Source: an uncultured Chloroflexota bacterium (GTDB lineage Bacteria; Chloroflexota; Dehalococcoidia; CAUJGQ01). Taken from it: DNA of 64,000 bases. Shown here piece by piece: positions 39,796 through 48,551 of this stretch. The DNA lies in assembly GCA_937879875.1 (NCBI GenBank), contig CALFMN010000102.1, positions 5,556 to 69,555 on the forward strand. The letters run 5' to 3'. The first letter of the stretch is position 1, and the number at the start of each line of letters is the position of its first letter. Made by a program: the position numbers and the translations under genes. The notes under the pieces were generated by a model. The model saw nothing but the letters and a program-made list of their open reading frames with translations. It did not search any database and was not told the origin of the DNA.

Positions 39796-41490
39796 CTATT
39801 CGTCCGGGTACAGGTCAGACGCACGCGAGCGCGACCGCTCGCCGAAACCCTCAACCCAGCGCTCGTAGTTCTCCGGGCCATACGTTTCGGGCCTGACCAC
39901 GATCGGCATCGGCACGGCGTGGCCCAGAATCAGCGCCTGCTGCTTTGAATCGAGCCGCGCCAGCACCTCGCGCAGGCCGCTCTTGCCGGAGACGCCGGAG
40001 AGCACCGCGTCCACGTCGCGCTCGTTGTCCAGCAGGCAGCTCACGCGCGTGCCGAGCTGCGACATGACCTCGCTCTCGATCGCGCTCGGGCGCTGGTCGA
40101 TGACCAGCAGCGTGACGTTGTACTTGCGCATCTCCCGCGCGATCTGGCCGAAGATCGTCTGTCCGGCCACGCGCGGGTCGAGGAACTTGTGCGCCTCCTC
40201 GATCGTAATCATCAACCGGATCGGCTTCTCGCCCTTCTCGCCCAGCGCTTTCTCCACCAGGTCGCGGTACTTTTCGTGGATGCGCCGCGTCAGTACGTTC
40301 GCCACCAGCATATAGCTGTCCAAATCGTTACCGAAGCGGCCGAACTCGATCACCACGCTCTTGCCGGCGAGCAGCGAGCCGAGGATGGCGTTGAGCGAGG
40401 CGGCCGGCGCCCGCTCAACCAGGAACGGCTTGTTGCGCAGCAGCTTGTTCAGGCCGCGCTGCAGATTGCGTACCGTGGCGACGTGGATCGCAAGCTGGTT
40501 GAGCAGTGGCGTATCGTCGCTGTCCTCGTCCATGCTCAGATCGAGCGCCTGCTTCAGCCAGCCGTCGCGGAAGCGCGCCTGCAAGGCGTGACAGGCGTCC
40601 ACCGAGTTTTGTGTGAGGTTCAGCGTCTCCGCCAGCAGCGCGATGTCCTCGGCGTCGATCTCGTTGTGGCCGATCGTCACGGCCGAGTCGTACTTGACGC
40701 GCCGGCGCCGCGAGCTGTCTTCGTCCAGCGTGTAAACGACGACGGACGACGGCACGAGTTGCTTCAGCCCCTTGACCGTGCCGCCCGCGCCCTCGTAGCT
40801 GCCCTCCCAGCCGTACTCGTTGTGCATGTCGAACACGAGATGTACGGCCTTCTTCTTCGCCTCGCGCTGCGCGTTGCTCTTCTGGATCACGTTCAGCAGC
40901 ACGAGCCGGGTCAAGAACGTCTTGCCGGTGCCGCTCTTGCCGAAGATGCCGTTGCTGCGCTCGACGAAGCGCTCGTAGTCGAGCCGGACCTTGACCTCCA
41001 TATCGAGCGGCGTGCCGATCACAAAATGCTCCGCATCTTCCTCGCCGAAGATGCGCTCGACCTCGGCCTGTGTCGCCTCACGCACGCGCGAGAAGTGGCC
41101 GGGGACGGTCTTCACCGGCTCGGGCGCGTTGTTCTCGATCGCCGAGACGCGCAGCATCGGCGTGATGTGCAGCACGGCGAAGGCGGCGGTGCCGCGGTAG
41201 ACCTCGCGCAGGAACTCGTCATCTTCGCCCGGCGGCGTTTCGGTGAGCGCGGGCAACGTCGTTTTCAGCTCCACGTCCGTGATCATGCCGAAGAAGAGCT
41301 GGTCGCGCGCCTCGACCGTGACGTAGCGGCCGGCCGCCATCTCCTCGACGTCCACCTCACCGTCGAGCCGTACCTCGAGCCCGCCGGTGAGCGAGCCGCC
41401 GACCACCGAGCCGAGCGACGAAAAGATCTGCGGCCGGTCGAGTTCCACCAGCGAGAGCACGGGGCGTCCGTCGGTGCCGTGGCCGTTCAT
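39796..41490 (-). CDS. herA: HerA-like (DUF87/FtsK-HerA superfamily) ATPase
   Basis: ATG at 41490 follows GGAGGA and overlaps the upstream stop (ATGA). N-terminal HAS-barrel-like segment (LGSVVGGSLTGGLEVRLDGEV...GRYVTVEARDQLFFGMITDVEL). Walker A GIFGKSGTGKTF, Walker B/DEAH-like LMITIEEAHKFL and LLVIDQRPS. Confidence 0.85.
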   Translation of the reverse strand: MNGHGTDGRPVLSLVELDRPQIFSSLGSVVGGSLTGGLEVRLDGEVDVEEMAAGRYVTVEARDQLFFGMITDVELKTTLPALTETPPGEDDEFLREVYRGTAAFAVLHITPMLRVSAIENNAPEPVKTVPGHFSRVREATQAEVERIFGEEDAEHFVIGTPLDMEVKVRLDYERFVERSNGIFGKSGTGKTFLTRLVLLNVIQKSNAQREAKKKAVHLVFDMHNEYGWEGSYEGAGGTVKGLKQLVPSSVVVYTLDEDSSRRRRVKYDSAVTIGHNEIDAEDIALLAETLNLTQNSVDACHALQARFRDGWLKQALDLSMDEDSDDTPLLNQLAIHVATVRNLQRGLNKLLRNKPFLVERAPAASLNAILGSLLAGKSVVIEFGRFGNDLDSYMLVANVLTRRIHEKYRDLVEKALGEKGEKPIRLMITIEEAHKFLDPRVAGQTIFGQIAREMRKYNVTLLVIDQRPSAIESEVMSQLGTRVSCLLDNERDVDAVLSGVSGKSGLREVLARLDSKQQALILGHAVPMPIVVRPETYGPENYERWVEGFGERSRSRASDLYPDE

Positions 41491-42083
41491 GGCTGGATCC
41501 TCCGCAGGATGGCTTGCAGGCGCGTGGCGTCGTCCGCGAGCAGCGGCGTGAGCGCCTTGCCCGAGTGCACGAGGAAGCCGCGGCGGTCGGGCTGCGCGGC
41601 GGCCGCCTGGCGCAGCGCGGAGGCGATCACGTCGTCGGCAAAGACGCCGCCGGCGAGCAGCAGGCGCAGAAAGTCGAACGAGCGCATGAAGGCGGCGCAT
41701 TCGTCGTCGGTGCAGCCGCGCACCCGAGCGAGCATCGGCGCCGGCGCGGACGGCAGGTATTGACAGACGTTGCCGGCGCGCTTATGGCCGACGACGACGG
41801 CGTCGAACGTCGTGGCAAGCAGCGCCGGCACGTGCGGATTCTCGTCGAGCACGCGCTGCAGGTCGTGCTCCGGCTCGCCGCGGGCGGTCACGCGCCGCGT
41901 CGGGTCGATGCCTTCGGTCAGCACGCCGCAGACGACCGCGAAGACCGGCTCCTCCATGTCCTCGACCGCGACCAGCAGCCCCAGCGGCGGCGCGCCGTCG
42001 CGTGCAAAGCACTCGGCGCTGAAGCGATCGATCGAAGCGCGAATCACGCGGCCGTAGCGGGTCGGCGGGGCAGATGCGGTCAT
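41487..42083 (-). CDS. Uncharacterised protein (198 aa) with HAS-barrel-like N-terminus, coupled to herA
   Basis: ATG at 42083 follows AGAGGAA. Alternative start at 42113. N-terminus YGRVIRASIDRFSAECF....PPLGLLVAVEDMEEPVFAVVCGVLTEG resembles the HerA N-terminal barrel pattern by eye only. The C-terminal half appears helical. I recognise no family. Confidence 0.55.
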   Translation of the reverse strand: MTASAPPTRYGRVIRASIDRFSAECFARDGAPPLGLLVAVEDMEEPVFAVVCGVLTEGIDPTRRVTARGEPEHDLQRVLDENPHVPALLATTFDAVVVGHKRAGNVCQYLPSAPAPMLARVRGCTDDECAAFMRSFDFLRLLLAGGVFADDVIASALRQAAAAQPDRRGFLVHSGKALTPLLADDATRLQAILRRIQP

Positions 42084-42123
42084 CTTCAATTCCTCTGCGG
42101 TCCCCACCGGCATTCGTGGCTCG

Positions 42124-42504
42124 TCATTCCTTCGGCCGCTTGAAGAAGAGCAGGCCGTTCCAGGGATTGCCGACCATCTCCCAGCCCTGCTCGCCCAGAT
42201 CCGCGATCGCGGCGAGCACAGCGTCCGGCTCGGCGACGTTCTGGTCGCGGTCGCCGAAATCGGAGATCAGCTCCGGGCCGTCCTTCGTCAGCCAGACGCA
42301 GCGCGGGGACGCCGTTCTGAACGCGCCCGCGGTATCGCCGGCGATGCCGGAGAGCAGCACGTACTCCCAGGCCAATGTCTCGCCGTCGTCGCCCTCGTCG
42401 TCCTCGTCGTAGTCGTCCATCTCAGGCTCCGGCTCGTTCTGCTGCTGCGGCTGGACCGCCCAACCGGACTGCCGCTCGCGCTCGGGATTGATGTCGCGTT
42501 TCAT
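42124..42504 (-). CDS. DUF4177-like small protein with poly-acidic N-terminal region
   Basis: C-terminal LAWEYVLLSG...VLAAIADLGEQGWEMVGNPWNGLLFFKRPKE fits the DUF4177 pattern (WEYK...GWELV...FKR). It is preceded by EPEPEMDDYDEDDEGDDGE. Start at ATG 42504 or GTG 42540. Confidence 0.5.
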   Translation of the reverse strand: MKRDINPERERQSGWAVQPQQQNEPEPEMDDYDEDDEGDDGETLAWEYVLLSGIAGDTAGAFRTASPRCVWLTKDGPELISDFGDRDQNVAEPDAVLAAIADLGEQGWEMVGNPWNGLLFFKRPKE

Positions 42505-42539
42505 ATGAACCGCCGTCTCTTCAGCGTGCGCCGGGGGCA

Positions 42540-42577
42540 CCTAACCCTGACCTGGCTGAAGCCAGGTCAGGGTTAGG
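42540..42577. repeat. Perfect 17-bp-stem palindrome (CCTAACCCTGACCTGGC-TGAA-GCCAGGTCAGGGTTAGG)
   Basis: Read directly from the sequence. It lies between nurA and the DUF4177-like gene. The 18-mer GGGGCACCTAACCCTGAC (42534-42551) is identical to 59986-60003. Confidence 0.9.
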
Positions 42578-42585
42578 CCGCCGTT

Positions 42586-43836
42586 TCATATCGCCCGCAC
42601 CCGCTTGCTCAGCGCTTTGGACGAGGTTAGCCAGGGGATGCCGTACAGCTCGCATTCGCGCGCGATCAGCGCGGAGAAGGCCGCGCGGTCCGTCGTCGAG
42701 ATCACCGCCTGCTCGTGCGCCTCCTGCAATGCGACCGGATAGTTCGCGCCGCTCTGCGCCTGGTGCACCAGCAGCGCGTGCAGCAGATCCAGACGCCCTT
42801 TCTCTTCCGCCATCCAGACCGGAAGTTCGACGCGGGCGATCTCGTCGCCGGCGCGCAGGTAGAAGAAGGCGATCTCGTGCCCGGCCTCTTCATACCACTT
42901 CTCCGCCGTCTGCGCGTGCGGCGACCGGTACGGCTTGAACACGGCGCTGCGCTGCCACGGCTCCAGCAGATGCCGCATCAGTTCCGCGTCGTGCGGCAGG
43001 CCCGCGGCGTCGCAGGGCCGTTCGCCCGTCTCGCGGCCGGGGCACGAGGCGCAGACCACGCGCTCGCCCAGCGGGCAGGCCAGCAGCCGCAGGCTGTGGA
43101 CGACGTTGCCGGCCCGCGTTTGGCTGACGTAGCCGCTGAACACGGCGCGCCCTGCCTCGACGAGCGCCTGCAAGCGATCGAGCGCCTGCAGCGTGCCGTG
43201 TTCGCCCGTCTTGAGCTGCTCCGCGATCGAGGGCGGCAGGTCGCGCTTGTCCAGGTTCCAGAGCGCGAGGTTGCCGTCCACCAACGCCAGCAGCGGCCGG
43301 TCGCTCGGACAGTAGTACTCAGCCAGCTCGGCCAGCTTTGCTAGCTCGCGCACGCCGCGCACCACACCCAGCACCGCGCCGAGGATCGCACTCTCGCGGC
43401 TGGGGTCCTGTGCGTCGCGCAGCACAATCTCGCCGCCGGTCGGCTGCACGTCGACGTCGGAATCGGGGATCGCGTCCGGGCCGTCGCCGTACTGGATCAG
43501 CATCCAGCCGAAGTTGAGCACGAAGCAGTCGACCGGCAGGTGTCGGTCCACGTCGATGCTGGACCCGTCCACGGCCAGCGCCGCGTAGGCCGCGGGCGGC
43601 TCCGGCGCGGGCACGCCGCGATCGAGCCGTCCGCCGTCCGGCGCGAACGGCAGCGCCAGCGTCCACGAGGTCTTTGCCGAAAGCATGCGCCGCTCGAACC
43701 ACGCGGGATCGTCTGCCGCTCTGCGCAGCAGCGTCAATGCCTGCGCGAGCCGCGCTGCGCTCTGTCCGCGTTCCTCGCGGGCGCGCTCCACCAGCTCGGG
43801 CAGGCGGGCGGCGACTTTGACCAGATCCAGCGTCAA
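42586..43836 (-). CDS. nurA: NurA-domain nuclease
   Basis: TTG start at 43836 follows GGAGGGGG (7-nt spacer) and overlaps the selB TGA (TTGA). Contains ALAVDGSSIDVDRH, LALVDGNLALW and ANYPVALQEAHEQAVIS, which fit the NurA catalytic D/E/D/H motif pattern. Confidence 0.7.
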   Translation of the reverse strand: MTLDLVKVAARLPELVERAREERGQSAARLAQALTLLRRAADDPAWFERRMLSAKTSWTLALPFAPDGGRLDRGVPAPEPPAAYAALAVDGSSIDVDRHLPVDCFVLNFGWMLIQYGDGPDAIPDSDVDVQPTGGEIVLRDAQDPSRESAILGAVLGVVRGVRELAKLAELAEYYCPSDRPLLALVDGNLALWNLDKRDLPPSIAEQLKTGEHGTLQALDRLQALVEAGRAVFSGYVSQTRAGNVVHSLRLLACPLGERVVCASCPGRETGERPCDAAGLPHDAELMRHLLEPWQRSAVFKPYRSPHAQTAEKWYEEAGHEIAFFYLRAGDEIARVELPVWMAEEKGRLDLLHALLVHQAQSGANYPVALQEAHEQAVISTTDRAAFSALIARECELYGIPWLTSSKALSKRVRAI

Positions 43837-45717
43837 CGCACGACCCCCTCCGGGCTGCGCAGCACGCGCTCGTCGCCCACGCGACGGGTCACGCGCCGGT
43901 CGTCCAGATGCTCGAGCAGCGCCTGCGCGTAGCGGCGGCTGGTGCCGAACAAGTCGCGCACCTGCGCCAACGTGATCGTCGGTTGCTCCCGCAGGTGCGC
44001 GAGGATACGGTCCACCATCTGCCGATACGCCGCCGCGTCGAAGACGATGCCCTCGGCCACGGGCACGACAGCGCCGCTCTCGGCCAGATAGGCGATCAGC
44101 TCGCGGTCCGGCAGGCGCTCCGGTGCGGGCGCGTAGGGATTCGCCCGCAAAGCGGCGAGGAAGCGATCGGCCTCCGCCTGCTGCGTCGCTGCGAGTGTGA
44201 CCTGGTGATCGGCCGGCGCCACCGTGGCGCCGCGCTCACCAAGGTCGCCATGCGCCAGCCAGCGCTCCAGCAGGCTGCCAAACAGGCGCGGATTCAAGCC
44301 GAGGCGGCTCTTCAACTCCTCGCGCGGCATGCCGGCGCGCAGTGGATGCTCTTTGAGGAAGGCGGTCACGGCAGCCAGCGCGCGGTCGGTGAGGCGCTGA
44401 TAGCCCGCGAGGGTATACAGCGCCGTGTTCGGTCCTGGCATCTCGCCGCCGACGAGCACGGCGCGGCCCTCAGCCAGCAAAGTCGCCAGCGCGGCGCGCA
44501 CGCCCTCGGCGCCGAGGCTGGTTTCGCGCACCAGCACGTCCAGCGTGGCCGGCTCCTGCCGCGCAAGCACCTCGGACAGGCTCTCTTCGGGTGTGCCGCG
44601 CTCCAGCGAGGCGAGCGAGGCGAGCGTGGCTTCGTGCCGGCGGCGATGGCGGCGGGCGTGCACATCCACGATCGTGCCACCGCCCAGCGTCTCGTTCGGC
44701 GAACGCAGCACGAAACTGTCGCCCTTCGCCACGGCCACCGGCTCGAACAGGCGGACTTGCGCCCAGCCTTCGGCGCCCGCAGGCAGTTCGTCGGCATCGA
44801 GCAGCCGCACGCGGGCCGGAGCCTCGGCCGCGCCGGTGTGAAACGTCGTCTGCGCGTTATGGCGCAACGGATGGGTGGCATCGCCCGTCATACGCAGCCG
44901 CACATCCACCGCGCTGGTTGGCGAAAGCCAACCGGGCGTGGTCAGCACGAGGCCGCGGTGCAGATCGTCCGTGCCGACGTTGCCCAGGTTCACCGCCGTG
45001 CGGCTGCCGGGCTGTGAGCGCTCGACCTTGTGCTTGTGCGATTGCAGACCCCGTACGCGCGAGCGCAGGCTGCCTGGCTCGACCACGATCTCCTGCCCAG
45101 CGCGCAACACCCCATCGATCAACGTGCCCGTGACGACCGTGCCGAAGCCGGCGACGCTGAACACGCGGTCGATCGCCAGCCGCGGCCGGCCGATGTCGCG
45201 TTTCGGTTCCGTCTGCGCGAGCGCGGCTTCGAGGGCGGCGAGCAGCTCCGTCAGACCCTCGCGCGTGACGGCGGAGCAGGGGATCAGCGGCGCACCGGCC
45301 AGGCTGGTGCCCTCCAGCGTCTCCGCCACGTCGGCCTGGACGAGTTCGAGCCAGTCGGGCTCAACCAGATCGGCTTTGGTGACGGCAACGACGCCGGTCT
45401 TGATCTGCAGCAGATCGAGGATGGCGAGGTGCTCGCGCGTCTGCGGCATCACGCCTTCGTCCGCCGCGACGACGAGCAGCGCGATGTCGATGCCGCCGAC
45501 GCCGGCCAGCATGTTCTTGATGAAGCGCTCGTGCCCCGGCACGTCGACGATGCTGACCTCTTCGCCGCCCGGCAGCTTGAGCCAGGCGAAGCCGAGGTCG
45601 ATCGTCATGCCCCGCTCCTTCTCCTCGCGGAGCCGGTCGGGGTCGATGCCGGTGAGCGCCTGCACGAGCGTCGATTTGCCGTGATCGACGTGGCCGGCGG
45701 TGCCGATGACATACATG
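43833..45717 (-). CDS. selB: Selenocysteine-specific translation elongation factor
   Basis: Start at ATG 45717. G-domain motifs [17 protein letters not shown] and TKADL, followed by beta-barrel domains. The C-terminal winged-helix repeats end ...[37 protein letters not shown]. Confidence 0.9.
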
Positions 45718-45996
45718 GTGGCACGAGGATAGCACGCCGCACGGGTTCCGGCCGGAGCGACGCGACGTAACGGCGTGACGGGGTGAATGGGGAGTGGAGA
45801 GTGGTGAGCGGTGCGTGATCCGCTCGCCCTCGCACGATGGTGTAGGGGCGCATGGCGTGCGCCCTTCGCGCCGTCAGGCGCGACCAGCGGCGCGCCGTGT
45901 GAGCGAACCCACCGCCGTCGATCAGCCGGATGACCCGCCCGAAACCAGCCGGCGCCGCATACCATGAATGCGGAGGCTGTCCAGGAGGTTGATGCC

Positions 45997-46161
45997 ATGA
46001 CCGACGAGCGGCCCGACGAAACGCGCCAGGAGCGCCGCGAGCAGCGCGCCCGCAAGCAGCGCGAAATGCAGAAGCATGGCGCCAACCTTGCGCAAATCTA
46101 CCGCGACGCGGTGCTGAAGCGGGCGAACGCGCCCAAACGGCGGCGTCAACATCGCGTCTGA
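45997..46161 (+). CDS. Small highly basic hypothetical protein (54 aa)
   Basis: ATG at 45997 follows CAGGAGG (9-nt spacer). High GC3. Arg/Glu/Lys-rich sequence (ERREQRARKQREMQKH...KRRRQHRV). Confidence 0.35.
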   Translation: MTDERPDETRQERREQRARKQREMQKHGANLAQIYRDAVLKRANAPKRRRQHRV

Positions 46162-46234
46162 CGCCGTTGTTCGTAGTTGACCGCGGTGTTACTATGGCGC
46201 ACGCGCTTGAGCAACTTCGCAGCGAGGAAGCCAG

Positions 46235-46447
46235 ATGGCGACACCGTTCGAGAACTACCTCGACCTGGTCGAGGCCGCCCGCGTGCTGGCCATCCACCCG
46301 CAGAGCCTGCGCCGCCTGATCAAGCAGGGCAAGGTGCCCGCGGTGCTCTTCGCCGGCAAGTATCTGATCGAGCGCGACAAGATCGAGATGTTCAAGTCCA
46401 ACTACGATCCGCGCCCCGGCCGCAAGCCGATCCGCCGCCTGCTGTAA
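46235..46447 (+). CDS. Excisionase-family HTH DNA-binding protein (70 aa)
   Basis: LDLVEAARVLAIHPQSLRRLIKQGKVPAVLFAGKYLIERDKI matches the excisionase/MerR-type HTH. GAGGAA lies upstream of the ATG. Confidence 0.6.
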   Translation: MATPFENYLDLVEAARVLAIHPQSLRRLIKQGKVPAVLFAGKYLIERDKIEMFKSNYDPRPGRKPIRRLL

Positions 46448-46513
46448 CTCGCTCACGCCCGCGCGCTGCCGGGACAGCGGCGCTCTCCGCGGGCGGCACC
46501 TGCGATCGCCCCG

Positions 46514-46720
46514 CTAGCGCAGCGCCCTGATGACCAGCACCAGCAGCAGCGTTGCCAGCCCCGCCGTCAGCCCGAGGAAGATGCCGAGCAGTGAGCCAAC
46601 GCTCACCGCGCCGCGCATCGAGCCGCTGTATGGCCCGCGCCCCAGCGTGCGACGGTAGGTGATGAGTCCGCCGACGATCACGATCGCGAGCAGCACGGCG
46701 ACCGCAACCACGCCCGTCAT
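46514..46720 (-). CDS. Small two-TM membrane protein (68 aa)
   Basis: Two hydrophobic helices. The start overlaps the upstream stop (TGATG). Confidence 0.4.
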   Translation of the reverse strand: MTGVVAVAVLLAIVIVGGLITYRRTLGRGPYSGSMRGAVSVGSLLGIFLGLTAGLATLLLVLVIRALR

Positions 46721-47484
46721 CAGCGCGGCGCCTTGATCGCGATGTCGCTCCCGTTCGGGTCGCGCACATCCAGCGTGAGCTGGAACGCCGTGCCGTCGGC
46801 GGCATCGCTGCTCTGCACGGAGATGCGCAGGGGATAGCGGTTGCCGCCAGCGGTCCAGACATCAAGCGCGGTGGAAGATTGCTGACCGTTGCCGCCTTCG
46901 CGCCCCTGGCCGAAGAGACCGGGCGTGCGCGCCAGCTCGCCCGGCGGGAAGCGGTAGTGTTCCGCCTGCACGCCGTCCACGGTCTCGGCAACGGGTGATT
47001 TGCCCGTGGTGCTGACGGTAGCGAGCGTTTGCTGACAGAGCGTCTGCGGGTCGAGGCTGCTGAGCGCGGCCACAAACGGGCCGGCGTTGTTGTTCGCGGT
47101 TTCCCAGGCGCCCGCGCCGACGCGCTGATACTGGGTGTTGCCGATGCGAAGCGTTTCGACATCCTGGCTGGCGCCCTGAGGGAAGCTGACGTGCAGCTGC
47201 GTCGAGGCCGGCGCCCGGTGGGCGCCGTCGAAGCGCACATCCCGCAAGAGATTGGCCAATGATCCAAGCTCACTGCGCGTCTGGCCCTGGCCGGCGTCAA
47301 ACTTCAGCTCGCCGCTGAAGCGGTAGGCGCGCAGGCCGCCCAGGCAGGGCAGACTGCCGGCCGGCGCCGGCGTTCCGCCCGGCTCGTTGCGGCGCGTCTG
47401 CGGATTGACGGCGCAGCCGACGATCGCCACGGCCGTCGCCAGCGCCGCGCCGGCGAACGCTCTCCCGATCCCCGACCACCGCAT
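46720..47484 (-). CDS. Lipoprotein (hypothetical)
   Basis: ATG at 47484 follows GGAGGAGG. Signal peptide plus lipobox AVAIVGC. No enzymatic motif recognised. Confidence 0.6.
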   Translation of the reverse strand: MRWSGIGRAFAGAALATAVAIVGCAVNPQTRRNEPGGTPAPAGSLPCLGGLRAYRFSGELKFDAGQGQTRSELGSLANLLRDVRFDGAHRAPASTQLHVSFPQGASQDVETLRIGNTQYQRVGAGAWETANNNAGPFVAALSSLDPQTLCQQTLATVSTTGKSPVAETVDGVQAEHYRFPPGELARTPGLFGQGREGGNGQQSSTALDVWTAGGNRYPLRISVQSSDAADGTAFQLTLDVRDPNGSDIAIKAPR

Positions 47485-47693
47485 CGTGCCTCCTCCGCCC
47501 GGCGCTCCTCGCGGGCTGATCGTAGCATCGGCGTCCCGACTGTCGCCAGCGACGGCCTGCGTGCGCCGGGCGTCGCCGCGCATGGTGGCATCGCGCGTCG
47601 TCCGCCGCGCGCGGTAGAATGGCAGGAAGCATCGCGATGCATGGGCCGGCGTGCAGGCGCCGAGACCCCGTTCGCCCGGCCCGAGCTAACGCT

Positions 47694-48527
47694 ATGTCTG
47701 TGGTTATCTCGCTTGCGGCCAGCGTCATTACCTTCGCTTTTGCCGGCGCCGTGCTCTGGCAGTACCGGCGCAAGCGGCGCATGCACCAGTTTGTCTGGGC
47801 AATCGCGCTGCTGTGCTACGGCGCCGCCACCAGCGCCCAGTTCGTGGCGGAAGCCCGTGGCTGGAGCACGGGGGCGTTCCGCATCTGGTATCTCTCCGGC
47901 GGCCTGCTCACGGCGGCCTATCTCGGCCAGGGCACGGCGTTTCTGCTGCTGCCGCGGCGCGCCGGGCGCGTGATTTTCGCCCTGCTGCTGCTCGTTTCGA
48001 TCGTGGCCACGGTGCGCATCTTCACGGTGCCGTTGCGGCTGAGCCAGATCCTGCCGCCGGCCGGCAAAGTGACGCCGCAGGCGACCAGTCTGCCCGCGGA
48101 CTTGCGGGCCTACGCGGTGGTGCTGAATATCTACGGCACGCTGCTGCTGGTCGGCGGCGCGGTCTGGAGTGCGATCGTCTACCTGGATTCGCGGCTGGAC
48201 CGGCGCCGGCGCGCCGGCCATCGCGTCGTGTCGAACCTGTTGATCGCGGGCGGCGCGATGGTGATCGCCAGCGCTGGCTCGTTCGAGGCGCTTGGTCATG
48301 GTGAATTTCTCTATGCCGGCGAGATTCTCGGCATCGGCATCATCTTCGCCGGCTTTCTGCGCAGCGGCGGTCGGCCTCGGCCGGCTGCCGTGGAGCAGCG
48401 CACCGAAGAAACCCGCCCACCGCAGCCGCCCGCCATCCAGGCTGACGACGCAGTTGCAGCTTCCATTGCAGCGCCCGCCCGCCCGCTGCGCCGCATCAGC
48501 GAGCGCTCGGCGGCGGGCCGCCACTGA
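47694..48527 (+). CDS. Integral membrane protein (hypothetical, about 7 TM)
   Basis: Start at ATG 47694. Multiple hydrophobic helices and an Ala/Pro/Arg-rich tail. Confidence 0.55.
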   Translation: MSVVISLAASVITFAFAGAVLWQYRRKRRMHQFVWAIALLCYGAATSAQFVAEARGWSTGAFRIWYLSGGLLTAAYLGQGTAFLLLPRRAGRVIFALLLLVSIVATVRIFTVPLRLSQILPPAGKVTPQATSLPADLRAYAVVLNIYGTLLLVGGAVWSAIVYLDSRLDRRRRAGHRVVSNLLIAGGAMVIASAGSFEALGHGEFLYAGEILGIGIIFAGFLRSGGRPRPAAVEQRTEETRPPQPPAIQADDAVAASIAAPARPLRRISERSAAGRH

Positions 48528-48551
48528 GTCCAGCCGCCGCCCGACGACAGG

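Noticed and set aside
40189-41763. 524-aa plus-strand ORF
   Set aside because: Antisense to herA and the upstream coupled gene. No motifs, and the composition is that of a shadow ORF.
42540-42577. Perfect palindrome as a Rho-independent terminator of nurA
   Set aside because: No U-tract follows the stem on the minus strand (…GGTTAGGTGCCCCCGG…). The shared 18-mer with the 60-kb element argues instead for a repeat-family member.
45718-46234. Search for tRNA-Sec (selC) or any tRNA next to selB
   Set aside because: I could not find a cloverleaf-compatible sequence with a T-loop GGTTCRANYC box and acceptor pairing here or elsewhere in the window. The region instead contains REP-like hairpins and a small basic ORF. 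Only tRNAscan-SE or ARAGORN could exclude a tRNA definitively.
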